Assembly: GCA_050259635.1 (NCBI GenBank)
Contig: JBLNBA010000001.1
Coordinates: 7,329-71,328, forward strand
Direction of reading: 5' to 3'
DNA: 64,000 nt
Source: Bacillota bacterium
GTDB lineage: Bacteria; Patescibacteriota; Patescibacteriia; Patescibacteriales; UBA12465
A model generated the notes under the pieces. The model was not told the origin of the DNA, did no database searches, and saw only the letters and a list, made by a program, of their open reading frames with translations. Shown piece by piece: positions 58,671 through 64,000 of the stretch; position 1 is the first letter of the stretch; each line of letters begins with the position of its first letter. The position numbers and the translations under genes were made by a program.

Positions 58671-60428
58671 ATGATTGATAAGAAGAAACAATTATTAGAG
58701 TTGCTCAAGATCCATTTTGGCTATGAATCGTTTCGTCCCGGACAGGAAAAGGCGATTGATGCCATAATTTCTGGACGAGATACGGTGGCGGTGTTGCCAA
58801 CCGGAGCCGGCAAGTCCCTGATTTTCCAACTACCCTCTTTGCTTCTCGAGGGGGTTACTTTAGTCGTGTCGCCACTTATTGCCTTGATGAAAGACCAGGT
58901 AGACTCCCTAGAAAGAGTGGGGATCCCGGCGACTTTTATTAATTCTTCAATTTCCTTAAGTGAGACGGCAAAAAGATTTGCCCGGATCAAGGAGGGTGCC
59001 TATAAGCTGATCTATATCGCACCGGAACGCTTTTATAACCAAGCGTTCGTAAACGAGCTTAAAAGTATAAAAGTATCGCTCTTCGCAATCGATGAGGCTC
59101 ATTGTATCAGCCAATGGGGACATGATTTCCGTCCGAGTTATTTGCGGCTGAAGGAAGCGATAAAATTTTGCGGCACGCCGGTCGTGGTAGCTTTAACGGC
59201 AACGGCAACCCCGGAGGTCCGGGAGGATATCGCAAGACAACTCGGTTTAAGGGATTATGAATTGGTAATTAGCGGATTTGCCCGCCCTAATCTGCACTTT
59301 GCGGCAATCTTGGCGAATAATGGTAAAAAAATGGAATATATTCTCGATGCTGTCCGCAGTCAGGAAGGTGGAGCCGGTATTATTTATGTCGGCACCCGCT
59401 CAAAAGCCGATGAAATCGTGGAGTATCTTTCGGATTACGATATTGCAGCCGTCGCCTATCATGGTGGGATGGATAGTGAAAGCCGCAATTGGGTCCAAGA
59501 ACAGTTTATGGAAGGACGAGCTCAGATCGTGGTGGCTACGAATGCCTTCGGGTTAGGAATAAACAAGAAGGACATCCGTTTGGTCATCCACAACGACATC
59601 CCGGGTACGATTGAGGCATATTATCAAGAGGCCGGCCGTGCCGGCCGTGACGGAAAACCTAGTTATTGCATTCTTTTTTATTCCCCTACCGATCGTTATC
59701 TGCAGGAATTTTTTATTCAAGGAGATAATCCCGGGCCGCAGCTGATAAAAGATGTTTATCGCTTTTTACTGGAAGCACAGGAAGATGCCGAACCGGGAGA
59801 AGAGACGGTCCTGATCACTTATGGCGAACTAGCCAAACGCCTATCCGAACCGGCGCCAGAGATGGCAGTGGGAACGGCGATCAAGCTTTTGGAAAAGGAA
59901 GGCATCGTTTCGCGTCCGAACGAACGGAATGTGAATAGCTTCTTGAAGCTTGTTGGTAGCTGGGACGACACTTTGGCCGGAATCGGCAAGCGAGCAAAAG
60001 TGCAGTTGGCAGTGGCCGAGAAGTTAAGGGAGAAATATGGTAAAGAGATAATCACTGGCTGGCAGTTTGCCGCCGACGAAGCGGCGGTTAGCCTGCATAT
60101 CAAGAAAGAGGTTCTTAACCGGGCCGTTAAAAAGATGGCAGAACAAGGCTTGGTAGAATATCGGCCGCCGTTTAAGGGAACGGAGATCAGGATCTTGAGA
60201 GTAATGGAACCGGAAGAGCTATCCCTGGATTTCCGCGCTTTGGAAGCGAAAGCGGAGAGAGCTCGAGCTAAACTGGAGGAAATGGAAGCTTACGTTTACA
60301 GCCAAATATGCCGGCAGAAATATATATTGGAGTATTTCGGCGAGCGGGATGCTTCGCCCTGCGGGCATTGTGATAATTGCTTGCGTCTTAATAAGATGCC
60401 GAAAAAAAGTTATCTTGGAGATTATTGA
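58671..60428 (+). CDS. recQ: ATP-dependent DNA helicase RecQ
   Basis: FGYESFRPGQEKAI, PTGAGKSL, DEAHCISQWGHDFRPSY, YYQEAGRAGRDG and a C-terminal zinc motif CGHCDNC. Start moved to the ATG at 58671. Confidence 0.88.
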   Translation: MIDKKKQLLELLKIHFGYESFRPGQEKAIDAIISGRDTVAVLPTGAGKSLIFQLPSLLLEGVTLVVSPLIALMKDQVDSLERVGIPATFINSSISLSETAKRFARIKEGAYKLIYIAPERFYNQAFVNELKSIKVSLFAIDEAHCISQWGHDFRPSYLRLKEAIKFCGTPVVVALTATATPEVREDIARQLGLRDYELVISGFARPNLHFAAILANNGKKMEYILDAVRSQEGGAGIIYVGTRSKADEIVEYLSDYDIAAVAYHGGMDSESRNWVQEQFMEGRAQIVVATNAFGLGINKKDIRLVIHNDIPGTIEAYYQEAGRAGRDGKPSYCILFYSPTDRYLQEFFIQGDNPGPQLIKDVYRFLLEAQEDAEPGEETVLITYGELAKRLSEPAPEMAVGTAIKLLEKEGIVSRPNERNVNSFLKLVGSWDDTLAGIGKRAKVQLAVAEKLREKYGKEIITGWQFAADEAAVSLHIKKEVLNRAVKKMAEQGLVEYRPPFKGTEIRILRVMEPEELSLDFRALEAKAERARAKLEEMEAYVYSQICRQKYILEYFGERDASPCGHCDNCLRLNKMPKKSYLGDY

Positions 60429-60429
60429 T

Positions 60430-61122
60430 ATGGATACGAAGCGAGTATTGGAACTAAAAGATAAAGTCCGTGAGTCATACCGTCTATCGGCTAAGCATTT
60501 TACCGCTACGCGCAAGAAAGGATTAGCCGATGATTTTTTGTGGGCAGCAGGCCAGATTGGCGAAAATGATAGAATCCTGGATGCGGGTTGCGGTAGCGGT
60601 CGTTTACTGGAAGCCGTCGAAATTGGACCGGAACGATACGTGGGGATAGACGGGAGTGAGCTTCTCTTGGGCTATGCCCGTGAGATTTATCCGGGCTACC
60701 GTTTTGAGCAGGGTGAGCTGGAAGACCTTGAGATAAAGGACGAGTTTGATTGCATCTTTTGCTCGGCGGTAATTTCCCATATCCCGGGCAGAGAAAATCG
60801 CACTCTTGTATTAAAAGCGTTTCTTAACGCCGCTAAAGACGGTGGCAAGCTTGTGATCAGCGTTTGGAAATTTCGTGGGAAATATCGTCGTCTGTTACAT
60901 CTTGCCAGGATTAAGAGCTTATTGGGCTTAAACCCATATGGATGGAATGAGATCGTTTTCGATTGGAAGAGCGATGATGGACGTCCTTTAGCAAAGCGGT
61001 ACTATCACTATTTCAGCAAGCGCGCTTTCTTGAGGGAGATAGCTGCTTCCGGTTGGCTAGTTAAGGAACTCCATGATAGCGCATATAATTACTGGGCCGT
61101 TGCGGAAAAAAAAGAATCTTGA
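60430..61122 (+). CDS. class I SAM-dependent methyltransferase
   Basis: ILDAGCGSGRLL (motif I) and FDCIFCSAVISHI. Start moved to the ATG at 60430, 1 nt after the recQ stop. Confidence 0.7.
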   Translation: MDTKRVLELKDKVRESYRLSAKHFTATRKKGLADDFLWAAGQIGENDRILDAGCGSGRLLEAVEIGPERYVGIDGSELLLGYAREIYPGYRFEQGELEDLEIKDEFDCIFCSAVISHIPGRENRTLVLKAFLNAAKDGGKLVISVWKFRGKYRRLLHLARIKSLLGLNPYGWNEIVFDWKSDDGRPLAKRYYHYFSKRAFLREIAASGWLVKELHDSAYNYWAVAEKKES

Positions 61123-61148
61123 CACCCCCCGGGGGTGTATTGTATAAT
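61119..61148 (+). promoter_or_regulatory. promoter TTGACA-18-TATAAT with an embedded C/G-tract palindrome (probable CsoR-family operator)
   Basis: TTGACA at 61119-61124, palindrome ACACCCCCCGGGGGTGT at 61122-61138, TATAAT at 61143-61148. The ATG at 61155 is 6 nt after the -10, so the mRNA is probably leaderless. Confidence 0.6.
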
Positions 61149-61154
61149 ATAGCC

Positions 61155-61400
61155 ATGAAAACCGCCGAACAGAGGATTAATAATATAATCGGGCAGCTTG
61201 AAGGCATTAAGAAAATGCTCAAGGAATCGCCAAATGATTGTTTTCCTTTACTCATGCAAATGAAGGCGGTTAAATCTGCCATTTCTTCTTTGACGGAACA
61301 GATCCTATCTACGGAGTTGGATCGTTGCCTTAACGGGAAGATGTCTTCTGAAAAGCGTGATAAGATGGCCGGGTTATTGAAAGAAGTAATTAAGAAATAA
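61155..61400 (+). CDS. CsoR/RcnR/CstR-family (DUF156) metal- or thiol-sensing transcriptional repressor
   Basis: AEQRINNIIGQLEGIKKMLKESPNDCFPLLMQMKAVKSAISSLTEQILSTELDRCL aligns to the CsoR helix bundle. Cys, Glu and Cys sit at the C-H-C positions. Confidence 0.75.
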   Translation: MKTAEQRINNIIGQLEGIKKMLKESPNDCFPLLMQMKAVKSAISSLTEQILSTELDRCLNGKMSSEKRDKMAGLLKEVIKK

Positions 61401-61439
61401 TTATAACAATGCCCTTAGGAGAAATGGCATTATAATAAT

Positions 61440-61769
61440 ATGAGTAAAGCGATTGAGTTGACCAAAGATGATTTTGAAGAGCAGGTTATGAAAAGCGAGG
61501 TGCCGGTATTGGTAGATTTCTGGGCTCCTTGGTGCATGCCTTGCCGGATGATGGCTCCGATTCTGGACGAGCTCTCCGGAGAATTAGAAGGGAAGGTTAA
61601 GATTTCCAAGCTAGATACAGAAAATCCCGAGAACCAGGAATTGGCCATGAAATATGAGATCCAAAGCATCCCGAATATGAAGCTGTTTAAAGGAGGACAG
61701 GTCGTCGAGGAATTTATCGGTCTCCGCAGCAAAGATGATCTGAAGGCAAGTTTAGAAAAATACGTTTAA
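61440..61769 (+). CDS. trxA: thioredoxin (active site WCMPC)
   Basis: VLVDFWAPWCMPCRMMAPILDEL...IQSIPNMKLFKGGQVV. Confidence 0.88.
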   Translation: MSKAIELTKDDFEEQVMKSEVPVLVDFWAPWCMPCRMMAPILDELSGELEGKVKISKLDTENPENQELAMKYEIQSIPNMKLFKGGQVVEEFIGLRSKDDLKASLEKYV

Positions 61770-61826
61770 AAATGGTTGGAGGAGGCGGACGTTTTTTTGC
61801 GGACGCCTCTTTTTAACAGTAAAAAT

Positions 61827-63053
61827 ATGAGTATATTCCAAGACAACTTAAAGAGGTTGGAGGCAGTAGCTAAGATCGATGGTCTGGGGGCGGACGATTT
61901 AGAATTGATGAGCAAGCCGGCACGGGTCAGTTATAATGATCTTAAGATCGGAGATAAAAGCTATCCGGCGTGGCGTATCCTTTACAGCGAGGATCTCGGT
62001 CCGGGCAAAGGGGGCATCCGATTCCATCCCGAAGTAAGCGAGGATGAGGTCCAGTCCCTGGCTTTTTGGATGGCCATGAAGAACTCTTTGGCGGACATCC
62101 CTTACGGAGGAGCTAAAGGAGGTGTGCGTTTCGATCCTAAGTCAGCGGATAAGACTGAACTAGAGGCGGTTTCCCGGGCATATATCCAGTCATTCCATGA
62201 AGTGTTGGGAGCAGATAAGGACATACCAGCCCCTGACGTCTATACCAATAGCCAAATAATGGGCTGGATGCTTGATGAATTTGAAAAGGTAACCGGTAAG
62301 CACGAGCCCGGAATGATTACCGGCAAACCCGTGGAACTTGGCGGCATTGCCATGCGTTCGGACGCGACCGCTCAAGGAGGATATTATATCCTTCAGGAAA
62401 CGGTGAAGGAATTCATGCCAGCAAAGAAGCCCGCGGGTATCAAGGTGGCGATCCAAGGCTTTGGTAATGCCGGCGCCTTGATGGCCGAAAAAGTGGCGTC
62501 TGATGGCTATAAGGTGGTGGCGGCTTCGGATAGCCGCGGAGGCACTTACAATGCCGATGGGTTGGATATCGCCGATCTCGGGCGCTTTAAGGGTGAAGGC
62601 AATAATGTTAGCTCTTATACGAAAGGCCAAGAGGTCACCAACGCCGCCTTGTTAGAACTGGACGTGGATATCCTCATCTTAGCTGCCTTGGAAAATCAAA
62701 TTACCGCTGAGAACGCCGGACGGATTAAGGCCAAACATATAATCGAGCTGGCTAACGGCCCGATCGATTTAGCAGCTGACCAAATATTGGATTCCGCCGG
62801 TACGGTAATTGTCCCGGATATTTTAGCGAATTCCGGAGGAGTCATCGTCAGCTATTTCGAATGGGCGCAGAACCGGGCGGGACAGATTCTTGATGAAGAA
62901 TATCTGCGCACTCTGCTGGAAAAGAAAATGAGATCGAATTGGCAGAGGATGCTTTCTGTCTATAAAGAGAAGCAAGGAATCAGTTTGAGGCAAGCGGCGT
63001 ATCTCTTGGCGGTTAGGCGCATTTTGGCAGCCAAACATTGGCGCGGAAGATAG
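61827..63053 (+). CDS. Glu/Leu/Phe/Val-family amino-acid dehydrogenase (glutamate dehydrogenase-like)
   Basis: Catalytic-lysine region GPGKGGIRFHP..., ALADIPYGGAKGG and Rossmann GFGNAGALMAEK. Start moved to the ATG at 61827, past a hairpin and T-run after trxA. Confidence 0.85.
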   Translation: MSIFQDNLKRLEAVAKIDGLGADDLELMSKPARVSYNDLKIGDKSYPAWRILYSEDLGPGKGGIRFHPEVSEDEVQSLAFWMAMKNSLADIPYGGAKGGVRFDPKSADKTELEAVSRAYIQSFHEVLGADKDIPAPDVYTNSQIMGWMLDEFEKVTGKHEPGMITGKPVELGGIAMRSDATAQGGYYILQETVKEFMPAKKPAGIKVAIQGFGNAGALMAEKVASDGYKVVAASDSRGGTYNADGLDIADLGRFKGEGNNVSSYTKGQEVTNAALLELDVDILILAALENQITAENAGRIKAKHIIELANGPIDLAADQILDSAGTVIVPDILANSGGVIVSYFEWAQNRAGQILDEEYLRTLLEKKMRSNWQRMLSVYKEKQGISLRQAAYLLAVRRILAAKHWRGR

Positions 63054-63073
63054 ATTATCGGGTTTGCATTAAA

Positions 63074-63100
63074 AAAGGACTGTCTAAGGACAGTCCTTTT
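63074..63100. terminator. bidirectional intrinsic terminator
   Basis: aaaggactgtc-taag-gacagtccttt hairpin between convergent genes. Confidence 0.7.
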
Positions 63101-63119
63101 TAGTAGATCTAGTTATAAC

Positions 63120-64000
63120 TTAGTTGCAGGAAGCAGCATTACTGGCGGCGCTATAGTCAAACCCGAAGCCCGCGGTAGGGGACTGGCTGTTCAGTTCCGT
63201 GTTACATTCTTCGGGTGCTTGGTTGAAGGCAGAGCAGATAGTGGAGAGCAGTGAGGCAGAGTCACGACCTGAAGAGGCTTCGGTGCCGTTAATGATCAAA
63301 GTTGGAGAGCCGCCAACGCCATACTTTTCATTATCTTTCTGGTCAACATTGAATCCTGGGTAGCTGCCGCGGAAATCAGCCTTGTTATCATAATTTTCCG
63401 TGACCTTGTATTCTTTATCCGTCTTGGTTATGCAACTATCCACTTTCTTCTTGTCTCCCGACTTAAGGTCAGCGAGACAAGTCTTGCTGTTTCCATCCTT
63501 CAAGAAGCACTGCAAGTAGCTATTAAGGGAACTGGTCTCTTTTTGGATACAGTATTGGGTTAGGTTCTCATCGATTTCTTTCTTTTCGTGCATCGCGTAG
63601 TCCACGAATTTGAGCTTGAAGTCAATTTTATCTCCCAGCGTTTCCAGAACTGGCAATATCCCTTTTTCTATCTGAGTACCATAAGGGCAATAACTCATGA
63701 CAAAGAGCTCAACGGAAGGTTTGTCGCTTTTAGGGAGATCGGTGGCAGCGGCATTGGCGGTATCACCGCTATCTGATTGCTGCTGGCCGGCTGCATCTTC
63801 CATGTTGATAGCTTGGGGGAAAAAGAGCTTACCGTCTTTAGTCACGTAGGATTCAACCGGGGATTCAGAACCGATATCGATCTTCATTTTATATAATCCG
63901 TATTCTTCCACGGTTTCAGTGATGGTTGCCTTGCTGCCGCTGGGCATCAGGAAATTATTAATGAATTCCTCCGATTTAGCGGCCGCTTGCTCGGCGCTGA
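63120..64000 (-). CDS. DsbA-like thioredoxin-fold protein with monothiol CPYG motif; the reading frame stays open to the right edge of the window
   Basis: VELFVMSYCPYGTQ occupies the CxxC position with Gly as the fourth residue (codons tgc cct tat ggt). GSPTLIING is a cis-Pro loop. No in-frame stop lies between 63947 and 64000. Confidence 0.55.
   Translation of the reverse strand, partial: SAEQAAAKSEEFINNFLMPSGSKATITETVEEYGLYKMKIDIGSESPVESYVTKDGKLFFPQAINMEDAAGQQQSDSGDTANAAATDLPKSDKPSVELFVMSYCPYGTQIEKGILPVLETLGDKIDFKLKFVDYAMHEKKEIDENLTQYCIQKETSSLNSYLQCFLKDGNSKTCLADLKSGDKKKVDSCITKTDKEYKVTENYDNKADFRGSYPGFNVDQKDNEKYGVGGSPTLIINGTEASSGRDSASLLSTICSAFNQAPEECNTELNSQSPTAGFGFDYSAASNAASCN

Noticed and set aside
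1-64000. Defence islands, prophage, transposons, toxin-antitoxin pairs
   Set aside because: I found no integrase, transposase, terminal inverted repeats, restriction-modification, Cas, or nuclease/ATPase pairs typical of defence systems. The absence is by eye only and should be confirmed with HMM tools (for example DefenseFinder or PADLOC, and ISEScan).

Overview
Gene-dense bacterial chromosomal window with about 70 protein genes, 8 tRNAs and many hairpin terminators. I found no rRNA, CRISPR array, transposase or integrase. It spans the replication-origin neighbourhood: rpmH-rnpA-yidD-yidC lies divergent from dnaA-dnaN, and the dnaA-dnaN spacer has DnaA-box-like sites and an AT-rich stretch. 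Housekeeping genes recognised by motif include smc, ppsA, lgt, lspA, tsaE, rplS, trxB, trxA, bcp, glyA, folD, recQ, a PBP1A, gdh, a phosphomannomutase and an Elp3-like radical-SAM/GNAT enzyme. The accessory content is mostly envelope and surface genes. It includes an icaADB-like GT2 synthase / small membrane protein / giant CE4 deacetylase module next to a secreted SH3b-GH26-like hydrolase. It also includes two GT-C-like polytopic membrane proteins, a five-gene membrane glyco-operon, two bactofilin-type genes, and seven TrbC/VirB2-like pilin paralogs, six of them in a tight tandem array. This content (many T4SS_pilin-type paralogs, short YidC, sparse metabolism, bacterial Elp3) suggests a CPR/Patescibacteria-like small genome; that is an inference, not a database result. 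The most unusual signals are: (a) the pilin-like array and its context; (b) a roughly 0.9 kb region without credible protein-coding ORFs carrying five TGTTC-N6-GAACA palindromes about 3-4 kb from dnaA; (c) an SMC with no recognisable hinge and mirror-symmetric internal duplications; (d) a leaderless CsoR-family gene with a C/G-tract palindrome in its promoter, upstream of trxA. All product calls rest on motif and family recognition by eye. No searches were run.
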